Shown here in pieces: positions 19,784-28,715 of a stretch of 64,000 nucleotides of DNA. This DNA is from Chloroflexota bacterium. Lineage in GTDB: Bacteria > Chloroflexota > UBA11872 > VXOZ01. Made by a program: the position numbers and the translations under genes. Location: positions 512,001 through 576,000 of the forward strand of contig CAXXVD010000003.1 of assembly GCA_963662335.2 (NCBI GenBank), given 5' to 3'. The notes under the pieces are model-generated. The model was not told the origin of the DNA, ran no database searches, and saw only the letters and a program-made list of their open reading frames with translations. Position 1 is the first letter of the stretch, and the number at the start of each line of letters is the position of its first letter.

Positions 19784-20740
19784 CTACGGTAGTGCCGTCT
19801 GCGCGCCGGCCTCGGCAAGACTTGGCTTCCGCCTGGACCAGACGTGCACCTGCTTGGCGTCCGGTTCCCACGTGACCAACTCTTGTTCCAGCCCTTCGCA
19901 GACCGCGGCGGCTTCCGAACTCACCACCACGAAGTCGTCGGTCTCCGCGATCACCAGCGGGCGCGCGCCCATGAAGTCCTTGGCCGCGCCCAGTTCGTTC
20001 TCGGTGGCCGCCACGTAGGTGTACGTGCCGTCCAGCACGTCCAGCGAAGCGCGCATGGCGTCCTCCAGCGAGGCCCCGCGCTCCATCGCCAAGGCCAGGA
20101 AGGCGCCGATCACCTCCGCGTCGTTGGTGGTGGAGAAACGCCGGCCCTGCGCCTCGAACTTGCGGCGCAGTTTGTGGTAGTTCGTAATCTGCCCGGCGTG
20201 CGCCACCGCCATGTCGGGCCGCGGCCGCGCCCAGAAGGGCTGCGAATGGCTCACGTCCACCCGACTCTCCGTGGCCAGACGCGCCTGGCCGATCATGTGG
20301 GTGCCGCGAATGGCGGAAAGCGCGTACTCCTCCTCCAGGTGGTCGATGGAGCCCACGTCCTTCATGATGCTGAGCCGCCGCCCGACGCTGAAGCACTCGA
20401 CGCCGCCAAGTTCGCTCACGCTCTCGGCGACGCTCACCACCCCGTGCACGTCTTCCACTCCGTCGAGCACGAGTTGCAAGGTGTGGCCGACCATGCGCGA
20501 CTTGACGACGTTGGCCTTGCGTCCCACGCGCCGCACGACCCGCCCACTGAGCGTGCGCGCGTCAGCGCCCTCGACCTTCACGGCCACCAGGACCTGGCCC
20601 CGCGTCTCCGGCACGAAGAACGCCGCCCCGGTTGAATCCGGCGTGTGCGGCGAGAGCGACCGCAGCATCTTGAGCGCAATGTCGCCAATCGGCGCGTAGC
20701 CGTCGCCGGTGCGGTCGAGATAGCCGACAACTCCGTACAC
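19784..20740 (-). CDS. Class II glutamine amidotransferase-like protein (GlxB/MgsA-like; lacks the catalytic Cys)
   Basis: GTG start after GGGAGGAGG gives MYGVVGYL; PDSTG, MKDVG, RLATES, SQPF, HAGQITNY, NDAEV, LDGTYTY, KDFMGARPLV. Confidence 0.85.
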   Translation of the reverse strand: MYGVVGYLDRTGDGYAPIGDIALKMLRSLSPHTPDSTGAAFFVPETRGQVLVAVKVEGADARTLSGRVVRRVGRKANVVKSRMVGHTLQLVLDGVEDVHGVVSVAESVSELGGVECFSVGRRLSIMKDVGSIDHLEEEYALSAIRGTHMIGQARLATESRVDVSHSQPFWARPRPDMAVAHAGQITNYHKLRRKFEAQGRRFSTTNDAEVIGAFLALAMERGASLEDAMRASLDVLDGTYTYVAATENELGAAKDFMGARPLVIAETDDFVVVSSEAAAVCEGLEQELVTWEPDAKQVHVWSRRKPSLAEAGAQTALP

Positions 20741-20851
20741 GATTCGTGCCTCCTCCCTTCTATCATACGCCTTCGGGCAAGATTGCACGCTCCATCTCTC
20801 CTGTACCTTCCGCTTCTATCCCTATATTCAGTGTGGTGAGACTTTACCATG

Positions 20852-20917
20852 ATGAAAGCGCAGCGGACTCCGTCATTCCCGCGTGCGCGGGAATGACGGA
20901 GTCCGCTGCGCTTTCAT
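20852..20917. repeat. Perfect 66-bp palindrome (32-bp arms) centred on an ATTCCC-N8-GGGAAT REP
   Basis: ATGAAAGCGCAGCGGACTCCGTCATTCCCGCG-TG-CGCGGGAATGACGGAGTCCGCTGCGCTTTCAT. Confidence 0.92.
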
Positions 20918-21061
20918 TCCCCTGGGAGGCAGAGCCAACCGTTTCTCTATTCCACAGGCTGCCGGACGGGGCCGCGGGTACGGCCCACGTGCTTGACTCC
21001 CGCGCGCGCTCTGCGTGCGTGTCCCTCGCCGCCGGTTGGGCCAACTGCGCCGCCGCTGTGG

Positions 21062-21091
21062 TTGACCCTCGGCTTGCGCCCTACCTATAAT
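21062..21091 (+). promoter_or_regulatory. Sigma70-type promoter of tRNA-Thr
   Basis: TTGACC-N18-TATAAT about 60 bp upstream of the tRNA. Confidence 0.6.
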
Positions 21092-21152
21092 TTCAATGTG
21101 GGCAGTGGTCCGGTCCAAAGCGGGAATCTCCAACTTCCCAGGCAACGCGCGC

Positions 21153-21224
21153 GCCGACGTAGCTCAATGGCAGAGCAGCGGTTTTGTAAACCGCAGGTTA
21201 TGGGTTCGAATCCCTTCGTCGGCT
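21153..21224 (+). tRNA. tRNA-Thr(TGT)
   Basis: Acceptor stem GCCGACG/CGTCGGC, D arm GCTC-AATGGCA-GAGC, anticodon arm GCGGT-TTTGTAA-ACCGC, T loop GGTTCGAATCC; CCA not fully encoded (CCG). Confidence 0.95.
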
Positions 21225-21260
21225 CCGGTTTTCTCCTCACCCTAATGCTGTCGCATTAAC

Positions 21261-21354
21261 GTAGCGCGGGGGCTTGTCCCCCGCCGGAGCAAGAGAAAAA
21301 GATATGAAAAGGATTGAACCTACAGTGTCGCAGGTTGCAAGCCTGCGTTACCGG
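21261..21354 (-). repeat. 94-bp composite REP element, copy 3 (inverted)
   Basis: The reverse complement aligns end to end with 13602-13695 and 19641-19734. Confidence 0.82.
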
Positions 21355-21392
21355 AGATGTGAGGCGGATTGGGTTTCACGAGGAGGCGCAAC

Positions 21393-23639
21393 ATGGCGCG
21401 TTCCGCATGGCGGCGGGTGGGGCTGGAAATACAGGCGGAGCCGGGCGCGGAGCCTGACCGCTGCGACGTGGCGTTTCACGGCGTAGACGGCCGGGTGGAC
21501 CGGGGTCTGGCGCTCACGCTGCCGGCCGGCAGGGTCGGCACGTGGGAGTTCACGGTCACCGTGCGCGCGCCGGTGGCGGCCGGCGGCGGCTTCCTCTTCC
21601 GGCGCCACGGCTTTTTGCTGGGGCACCGGGTGCAGGACTACAACCCGCGCGGGCGCGACTACGTGACCCTGGAAACGCGCTCGGCGGCGCGGCTGCGCCT
21701 GGTGGTGAATTCCCTCAACCAGTCGCACCGGCCCAGCTTTGCCCAAGTGCTCGTGACCGGCGGCGCGCTGAGGCCCGGCGACCGCTTTACCGTGCGCGTG
21801 GGCGACCGGCGGCAGGGCGGCCCCGGCAGCGAGGTCTACGATTGCACCACACTCGGTCGCCTCGCCTTTGCGGTAGACCGCGCCGGTGATGGCGTCTACC
21901 GGACGCTGGCGTGCAGTCCGGCGACGGTGCGCATTGACGCCGAACCCCGCGCCGACCTGCTGCGCGCGCTCGGCCCCTCGATTGTCGCGCCGGGCGAACC
22001 GTTTGCGGTCCATCTTATCGCCTTCGACCGCCATCGCAACGTCTGTTCCCAATACCGCGGCACGGTGACGCTCACCGGCCCGGACGGCGCGCTGCCGCCA
22101 ACGGCCGCGTTCACCGCGCGGGAGCAGGGCGTCTTGATCATCGAGAACGCGCGCCTCACCGCGCCCGGCCTCTACCGTTTCACCGCCGTAGACGAGCGCA
22201 ACGGCCTGCGCGCGCGCAGCAATCCCACGCTCTGCGAGGCCGCGCCGCAGCGACGCCTCTACTGGGGCGAACTGCACTGCCATAGCTGGGGCGATACGAC
22301 GCTTGAGCTGATGAGCGAGCCGAACTTCAAGTCTCATCCCGCCCGCCGCCACGAGCAGGCGCGGCAGGTGGGCCGCCTGGATTTCTGCGCGCCGGGGCCC
22401 ATGTCCGCGCCCAACGACGCGGACCGTCCCGAAGTCTGGCAGGCGCACCGGGACGCCTTTCGCGCCAACGACGAGCCGGGCGCGTACGTGCCCTTTCTGG
22501 CCTACGAGGCGCATCCGGGACTGGGCGGCGACCGCAACGTGGTCTTTCGGGGGGATGAGCCGACCCACTTGCCCATGAAAGCGCCTATGGACGACGTGAT
22601 GAACGCCTACGGCGCGCGCGCTGACGTTCTCCTGGAAGCCCATATCGGCGGCGGGCCGCCCAACTGGACGGCCTATCCCACTGAGGAAGCGCCGCTGGTG
22701 GAAGTCACCAGCGGCCACGGCGCGTTCGAGTGGGTGCTCCAGCGGGCGCTGCGCCACGGCTACCGGCCGGCGGTGATCGGCTCCAGCGACGTGCACCTGC
22801 CGACCCTCGGCGCGCCCATGGCCGCCCACTGCTTTCGCGGGCGCTTCAACGAGGAGTTCAATATCCGCGACACGGCCTTCGGCAGCGGCCAGGTGGCCGG
22901 GGTCTACGCGGCGGCCCGCGCGCGGGAAAGCATCTGGCAGGCGCTCCGCGACCGCCAAACGTTCGCCACCACCGGCGCGCGCATCATCCTGGACGTGCGC
23001 GCCAACGGACAACCGGCCGGCGGCATTGTCGAGTCCGCCGGGCCGGTTGACGTATGCGTTCGCGCCCACGCCTGCGCGCCAATCGAGCGGGTGGACCTGA
23101 TTCGCGGCGACCGCTGTGTGGCGTCCTGGTTGCCTGGCGCGCTCGACGCCGCGCTCGACGCCGCGCTCGACTTCACCGATGCGCAGCCTTTGCGGGAGAA
23201 TGCCTACTACGTCCGCCTGCGCCAGACCGACGGCGAATACGCCTGGAGCACGCCGGTGTGGGTCGCGTGCGCCGGCGGCGGCGCTGCGCCGGACCCCAGC
23301 CTGCCGCTCTGGAACGCCCACGAGCCGGTCGACCTGGCAAGCCTGCGCCCCAACGCGGCGGAGCAATACGAAGACGCGCTCTGGGCGTACCTGGAAACCG
23401 AGGAAGACCCGGCGCTCTTCCGCGGCCTGACGCCGGTCAAGCTCTTGGAGGAAGCCCCCGGCCGCGCGGCCCTGTTCTACGCTTTCTACGCCCCGGACGG
23501 CTGGCCGGTGAGCATCCGCTGGTACTACGAGTTCGACCTGCCCCGGCTGCACGTAGACTGGGGCTGGCGCGACTTCGGCGCGCGCCCCACGCCCACGAAA
23601 GTCACCGAACCGGCGGAGATGAAAGACCCCTTGGCCTGA
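21393..23639 (+). CDS. DUF3604 / PHP-like metallohydrolase with N-terminal beta-rich domains
   Basis: YWGELHCHS, GDRNVVF, EVTSGHG, IGSSDVH, ESIWQALRDRQTFATTGARI, YYVRLRQTDGEYAWSTPVW; AGGAGG RBS. Confidence 0.75.
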   Translation: MARSAWRRVGLEIQAEPGAEPDRCDVAFHGVDGRVDRGLALTLPAGRVGTWEFTVTVRAPVAAGGGFLFRRHGFLLGHRVQDYNPRGRDYVTLETRSAARLRLVVNSLNQSHRPSFAQVLVTGGALRPGDRFTVRVGDRRQGGPGSEVYDCTTLGRLAFAVDRAGDGVYRTLACSPATVRIDAEPRADLLRALGPSIVAPGEPFAVHLIAFDRHRNVCSQYRGTVTLTGPDGALPPTAAFTAREQGVLIIENARLTAPGLYRFTAVDERNGLRARSNPTLCEAAPQRRLYWGELHCHSWGDTTLELMSEPNFKSHPARRHEQARQVGRLDFCAPGPMSAPNDADRPEVWQAHRDAFRANDEPGAYVPFLAYEAHPGLGGDRNVVFRGDEPTHLPMKAPMDDVMNAYGARADVLLEAHIGGGPPNWTAYPTEEAPLVEVTSGHGAFEWVLQRALRHGYRPAVIGSSDVHLPTLGAPMAAHCFRGRFNEEFNIRDTAFGSGQVAGVYAAARARESIWQALRDRQTFATTGARIILDVRANGQPAGGIVESAGPVDVCVRAHACAPIERVDLIRGDRCVASWLPGALDAALDAALDFTDAQPLRENAYYVRLRQTDGEYAWSTPVWVACAGGGAAPDPSLPLWNAHEPVDLASLRPNAAEQYEDALWAYLETEEDPALFRGLTPVKLLEEAPGRAALFYAFYAPDGWPVSIRWYYEFDLPRLHVDWGWRDFGARPTPTKVTEPAEMKDPLA

Positions 23640-23760
23640 CGGTCTGAAAGCCACGCGAAATCCTGTCCGAATGACCGTCATGCCCGCGCGCCGCATCCAG
23701 GGTAGAGGCTCATGCCCGCAATGATCCCGTCCTCACCGCAGTTCTAAGGAGGTGTCCACC

Positions 23761-24795
23761 ATGCGCCCGCTTGCGTTCGAATACGACCTCTCCCAACACA
23801 TAGACGAAGCGCAGCCCGCGATGCTCTTCAGCGGCGCTACCGCTGAGGAACTCCGCGACTGGCAGGAGCGCTTTCGCGCCAAAGTGCTCAGCCTGCTGGG
23901 CATCCTGCCGGAACGCGCCGCGCTGAAGATCGAATATGTGGAAGAGGTAGACTGCGGGACGTACGTCCGCCGCAAGCTGCGCTACCAGACCGAGGAAGGC
24001 GTCTGGGTACCGGCCTATCTCCTCGTGCCCAAGGGCGTATCCCCCGCTAAGAAGTCGGCGGCAATCCTCTGTCTGCACGGCCACGGGCGCTTTGGCAAGG
24101 ATAGCGTAGCCGGCATCGCGGACACGCCGGAACGCGCGGCGGAAGTCAACCGCCTGCAGTACGACTTTGGCCGGCGCTTTGCCGAGCAGGGCTACGTGGT
24201 GCTGGCGCCCGACCTGCGCGGCTTTGGCGAGCGCCAGCCGCACTATCCCGACCCCAAGCCCGACTACTGCTGCCGCAACTACATGGCCGCCACGCTGCTG
24301 GGCCGCACCGTGGTCGGCTACCAGCTCTGCGACCTGCACGCGGCGGTGGACGTCTTGGAGTCGCTGCCGTACGTTGATTCCCAGCGGCTGGCGGCGGCCG
24401 GCCTCTCTTACGGCGGGCGCATGACGATGCTCATCAGCGCCATGGACGCCCGCATTGCGGCCTGCGTGCCCTCCGGTTGCCTGAACGTGTACCAGGAGCG
24501 CTACCAGAACCTCCACCAGTGCGGCTCCCAACTCATCCCCAGTTTGCTGCTCTATGGCGACACGCCGGAGATATTTTCGCTCATCGCGCCGCGCCCCATG
24601 GTCATCGAATGGGGCCTGCGGGACAAACTCATCCCCCACGAGTGGGCCGAACGCGCCCTGGCCCGCATCCGCAAAGCCTACGCCGCTTCCGGTAGTCCGG
24701 ACAACCTCACCGTGCACCAATTCGACAAGGGCCACGTGTTCGAAGGCACGGTGGGCGCGGAGATGCTCCACCGCTGGCGGCAGGGTGTAGATTAG
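23761..24795 (+). CDS. Alpha/beta hydrolase (dienelactone hydrolase / acetylxylan esterase-like)
   Basis: VPAYLLVP, LCLHGHG, PDLRGFGER, GLSYGG nucleophile elbow, IAPRP, GHVF. Confidence 0.85.
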   Translation: MRPLAFEYDLSQHIDEAQPAMLFSGATAEELRDWQERFRAKVLSLLGILPERAALKIEYVEEVDCGTYVRRKLRYQTEEGVWVPAYLLVPKGVSPAKKSAAILCLHGHGRFGKDSVAGIADTPERAAEVNRLQYDFGRRFAEQGYVVLAPDLRGFGERQPHYPDPKPDYCCRNYMAATLLGRTVVGYQLCDLHAAVDVLESLPYVDSQRLAAAGLSYGGRMTMLISAMDARIAACVPSGCLNVYQERYQNLHQCGSQLIPSLLLYGDTPEIFSLIAPRPMVIEWGLRDKLIPHEWAERALARIRKAYAASGSPDNLTVHQFDKGHVFEGTVGAEMLHRWRQGVD

Positions 24796-25025
24796 GAGAC
24801 GCGGCGGCAGCGAAGCGCCCGGCGCCGGGACGTGGCTAATGTACCCTTTGCGCGCGCCTGCGCAGCGTAGGGCAGCGCGCCAGCGGCTGTCATTGAATTG
24901 CGCGGATTGTTCAGGGCGGGCGCGAAGTGGCATAATGTCGAATGGCGGTTGTTTCTTCTCCATCGCCGCGCCAGCGTTGCGCGGGTTGGATATAGTCGAT
25001 TTCGTCGAAGACGCTGAGGCGGCGC

Positions 25026-26135
25026 ATGCAAAGACGGGTTCATTACTTTCCGCGTCGTCTGCCGTGGCGGCGGGCCCTCGTGGGCGCGGGTCTGGTTGTC
25101 CTCCTGCTGCTCACCTTCGTCGGCGGCGCGGCATGGTTCGTGAACCAGGGAGAAGAAGCGCCGCCGGAGCCGGCCGGCGCGGCCAGCCCCCCGGCGGTGG
25201 AGAAAGCCGATACCGGCGCCTCCGTACCCGAAAAGATCATAGAGAGCGCCCGCGCGGTAGGCGAAAAGCTCATCCCCGACTGGCCGGAATCCGAGCCCTT
25301 TAGTGTGCTCGTCATCGGCGTGGACACCCGCCAGTATGACGTTGGCGGCCGCGCCGACACCCTCATCGTGGTCACGATCGACCCGGAGAAGCAGGCCGCG
25401 CTGCTGATCTCTATCCCGCGCGACATGATGGCGCTGATTGCCGGCTATGAAGACCGGCGCATCAACGAACTCTTCGCCTACGGCGGCCCGGAACTTGTGC
25501 TAAAGTCGGCCGAGTACTTGCTGGGGATGCCAATCCAGTACTACCTCACCATCGACTTCGAAGGCTTCCGGCGCATGGTCGATACGTTGGGCGGCGTGAA
25601 GATCGACGTGAAGTACGACATCGAGGACTACAAGTTCCCCAACGCCGATGACACCGGCTTCGAGCCGTTCATCATCGCGCGCGGGGAGCACCACATGGAC
25701 GGCGATACCCTGCTCCGCTACGTGCGCACGCGCTGGGACGACCCCCGGGGCGACTTTGGCCGCATCGAGCGGCAGCAGCAGGCGCTGGTCGCGCTCAAGT
25801 CGCAGTTGCTGACCCATCAGACTTTCGGCAAGATTCACCTGCTCCTCGGTGAGTTCCAGGGCATGGTGGATACCAACTTTCCCATCTCGCCCCAGCGGGC
25901 GCTCGCGTTGGGCAAACTCGGTCTCGCCATCGAGCCGGAGCGCATCTATAGCAAGGTGATCGACTACGAGGGAAACCTGGTAGCGGACGTTGAACTGGAA
26001 TCAGGCGCGAAGGTGCTCAGGCCGAACCTGCCCGCTGTGCGCAGCATGATGGAGCGGAGCCTCGTTGCGATCGGGCAACTGGAACCGGTGGCGGGCCAGG
26101 AAGCCACGTTGCAGCAAGCGGACGTCGAACCCTAG
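25026..26135 (+). CDS. LCP (LytR-CpsA-Psr) family cell-envelope protein
   Basis: N-terminal TM; LVIGVD, GRADT, SIPRD, RIN, YVRTR, GDFGRIERQQ. Confidence 0.92.
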   Translation: MQRRVHYFPRRLPWRRALVGAGLVVLLLLTFVGGAAWFVNQGEEAPPEPAGAASPPAVEKADTGASVPEKIIESARAVGEKLIPDWPESEPFSVLVIGVDTRQYDVGGRADTLIVVTIDPEKQAALLISIPRDMMALIAGYEDRRINELFAYGGPELVLKSAEYLLGMPIQYYLTIDFEGFRRMVDTLGGVKIDVKYDIEDYKFPNADDTGFEPFIIARGEHHMDGDTLLRYVRTRWDDPRGDFGRIERQQQALVALKSQLLTHQTFGKIHLLLGEFQGMVDTNFPISPQRALALGKLGLAIEPERIYSKVIDYEGNLVADVELESGAKVLRPNLPAVRSMMERSLVAIGQLEPVAGQEATLQQADVEP

Positions 26136-26255
26136 GCCGGTCGAAACGCGCGCCGGGGGCCGCCCGCGGCGGCGGCATGAATGCGCATGGCGTAGCGCGC
26201 CGCCGCGCTGGAAATCGCTACCGTCGCTTCAGTGAATGCGCAACAAGGGATAGCC

Positions 26256-27194
26256 ATGTCAGAAACGCCGCCGTTACCGCCCATGATCTACGACAACGTG
26301 AGCCAACTGATCGGCCGCACACCGCTGGTGCGCCTCAACCGCCTGCCGGGGCCGGACTCGGCAACGGTGCTCGCCAAGCTGGAGGCGCGGAACCCGGGCG
26401 GCAGCGTGAAAGACCGCATCGGCCTGGCCATGATCGAAGCGGCGGAGCGGGACGGCAAGCTGAAGCCCGGCGACACGGTGGTGGAGCCGACCAGCGGCAA
26501 CACGGGCATCGGGCTGGCGATTGCCTGCGCCGTGAAAGGCTACCGGCTCATGCTCACCATGCCGGAGGACATGAGCGTGGAGCGGCGCAAACTGCTGGCG
26601 CTGCTGGGCGCGGAGCTGGCGCTGACGCCGGCCGTGGAAGGCATGTCCGGCGCGGTCTACGCGGCGCAGGAACTGGTGCGCGAACACGGCTACTTCATGC
26701 CCCAGCAGTTCATGAATCCGGCGAACCCGGCCATCCACCGCGAAACCACGGCGCGGGAAATCTTGCACGATACGCAAGGCGCGCTGGACGCCGTGGTGGC
26801 GATGGTGGGCACCGGCGGCACGATTACGGGCATCGGCCAGGTGATGCGCGCGGAAGCGCCGCACGTGCAAGTGATCGCGGTGGAACCGGCGAAATCGGCG
26901 GTGCTTTCCGGCGGCCGGCCGGGCATTACGCGCATCCAGGGCACCGGCGCCGGTTTCGTGCCCGGCATTCTGGACCGCAGCGTGCTGGACGCGGTGCGCA
27001 CGGTGGAAGATGAAGAGGCGTTTGCGACGGCGGAGCGGCTGGCCAAGGCGGAAGGCATCCTGGCCGGCATCTCCGGCGGCGGCGCGGTGACGGTCGCCCT
27101 GGCCGTGGCGCAAGAGTTGGGCCCGGCTAAGACCGTGGTGACGCTCATCCCGGACGCCGGGGAACGCTACCTCTCGATGTGGGAGATAGAGTAG
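26256..27194 (+). CDS. cysK: Cysteine synthase A
   Basis: NPGGSVKDR (PLP Lys), EPTSGNTG, QQFMNPAN, GTGGT, PDAGERYLS. Confidence 0.92.
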   Translation: MSETPPLPPMIYDNVSQLIGRTPLVRLNRLPGPDSATVLAKLEARNPGGSVKDRIGLAMIEAAERDGKLKPGDTVVEPTSGNTGIGLAIACAVKGYRLMLTMPEDMSVERRKLLALLGAELALTPAVEGMSGAVYAAQELVREHGYFMPQQFMNPANPAIHRETTAREILHDTQGALDAVVAMVGTGGTITGIGQVMRAEAPHVQVIAVEPAKSAVLSGGRPGITRIQGTGAGFVPGILDRSVLDAVRTVEDEEAFATAERLAKAEGILAGISGGGAVTVALAVAQELGPAKTVVTLIPDAGERYLSMWEIE

Positions 27195-27229
27195 CCGGCC
27201 CTTCGCCACCGGGTCGAGAGAGGACAACC

Positions 27230-27473
27230 GTAGCGCGGGGGCTTGTCCCCCGCCACCTACGCGGGCGGTGAAGATGGATTCCCGCGTTCGCGGGAATGAC
27301 GGAAAAGAGGCACTACTCGTGCCGCGCAGGGCTTGTCCCCCGCCACCTACGCGGGCGGTGAAGATGGGTACCCGCTTTCTCGGGAATGACGGAACGCGGG
27401 CCTTACTGCCGTACCGCGAGGGCTTGTCCCTAATGTTGTCGCATTGAAGTAGCGCGGGGGCTTGTCCCCCGCC
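27230..27473. repeat. BIME-like tandem (about 90-bp period) of two alternating REP types
   Basis: GCTTGTCCC at 27241, 27331 and 27422, alternating with (A/G)T(T/A)CCCGC...CGGGAATGAC; lies between convergent genes. Confidence 0.85.
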
Positions 27474-27491
27474 GCCGGTGGGCGCATCCCT

Positions 27492-28526
27492 TTACTCCGC
27501 CGGATGCAGCAGCATCTTGCCGAATTGCGCCCGCGCGGCCATGCGCCGGTGCGCCTCTTGCGCCTCCGCCAGCGGATAGACGGTATCGAGCACGGGATTC
27601 AGAATGCCGCGCGCGGCCAAATCAAGCACCTGTTGCAGATCCAGGCGGTTGCCGCCCATGCTGCCTAAGAGGCTCTGCTGGCGCGTGTAGAGATGGCCGA
27701 TGTCCACTGTGCCCGCGCGGCCCGTGGTCGCGCCGCACGTGACCAGCCGCCCGTTGCGCGCCAAGGAGCGGATGCTCTGCTCCCAGGTGGCCGCGCCCAC
27801 GTGCTCGAAGACCACGTCCACGCCGCGCCCGTTGGTGATGCGCTTCACCTCATCCGCCACGTTCGTTTCGCTGTAGTTGACCGTCTCTTCCGCGCCCAGT
27901 TCCCGCGCGCGCTCCAGCTTCTCCGTGCTGCCGGCGGTGGCAATCACGCGCCCGCCGAGAAAGCGCGCGATCTGCACGGCGTAAACGCCCACGCCGCTGC
28001 CGGCCGCCTGCACCAGCACCCATTCACCGGGTTCAACGCGCGTGCGCCGGTAGAGCATGTGCCAGGAGGTGATGGCGGCCAGGGTGAGCGCGGCCGCGTC
28101 ATCATACGAGAGGGCGTCCGGCATGGGCACGGCAATCGCGGCCGGCGCCGCGACGTACTCGGCGTAGCCGCCCTGGTTGGGCGCCGTGCCGATGATGTGG
28201 CCGTTGGCGCAGATGCTCTCCTCGCCCGCCAAGCAGAACTCACACGCGCCGCAGAAAGCCCACGGCGAGACCGCTACCCGTTGGCCCACGGCCACGTTCC
28301 GCGCCGCCGCGCCGGCCTGCACGACCTCGCCGGCAATCTCCGAGCCGGGAATGTGCGGCGGCTCGATGCCGGGCCGCGCGCCCGTGCGCAGCCAGATGTC
28401 CAGGTGGTTGACGCCCGAGGCGTGGATTTTGACAAGAACCTCATTTGCGGCGGGCTCCGGCGCGGGCACGGTATCGAGTTGCAGGGTTTCCGGGCCGCCG
28501 AAAGAATGAAAACGAACTGCGCGCAT
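27492..28526 (-). CDS. Zinc-binding alcohol dehydrogenase / quinone oxidoreductase (MDR family)
   Basis: GVNHLD, PHIPGSE, CGACEFC...C structural Zn site, AAGSGVG, GRGVDVVFEHVG, QFGK. Confidence 0.9.
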   Translation of the reverse strand: MRAVRFHSFGGPETLQLDTVPAPEPAANEVLVKIHASGVNHLDIWLRTGARPGIEPPHIPGSEIAGEVVQAGAAARNVAVGQRVAVSPWAFCGACEFCLAGEESICANGHIIGTAPNQGGYAEYVAAPAAIAVPMPDALSYDDAAALTLAAITSWHMLYRRTRVEPGEWVLVQAAGSGVGVYAVQIARFLGGRVIATAGSTEKLERARELGAEETVNYSETNVADEVKRITNGRGVDVVFEHVGAATWEQSIRSLARNGRLVTCGATTGRAGTVDIGHLYTRQQSLLGSMGGNRLDLQQVLDLAARGILNPVLDTVYPLAEAQEAHRRMAARAQFGKMLLHPAE

Positions 28527-28715
28527 GGAATCTTCTCCTGAGGAGCAACGGTATTGCGTGTCTATTCGTGCAGAGTACGCGGTGGTGGATTGCTCATTTC
28601 CGCTTCGCGCTTATGGTACCGCGTGCGCGAGCGGTGCGCATCCCGCCCAACCATGAGTGTCACCATGTCCTTGCCCGGGCTGCATGAGCGAATGCAGTGT
28701 GCGCTTCGCCTCTTT

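Noticed and set aside
23138-23171. 12-bp triple repeat (ALDAALDAALD) in the DUF3604-like gene
   Set aside because: A short in-frame slippage with no evidence for phase variation.
21153-25125. Genomic island integrated at tRNA-Thr
   Set aside because: No integrase; the only match I noticed to the tRNA 3' end (CCTTCGTCGGC near 25114) is 11 bp inside the LCP coding region and is likely chance.
27230-27473. CRISPR array or attC cassette array
   Set aside because: The linkers are duplicated rather than unique, the units are REP families found elsewhere, and there is no integrase.
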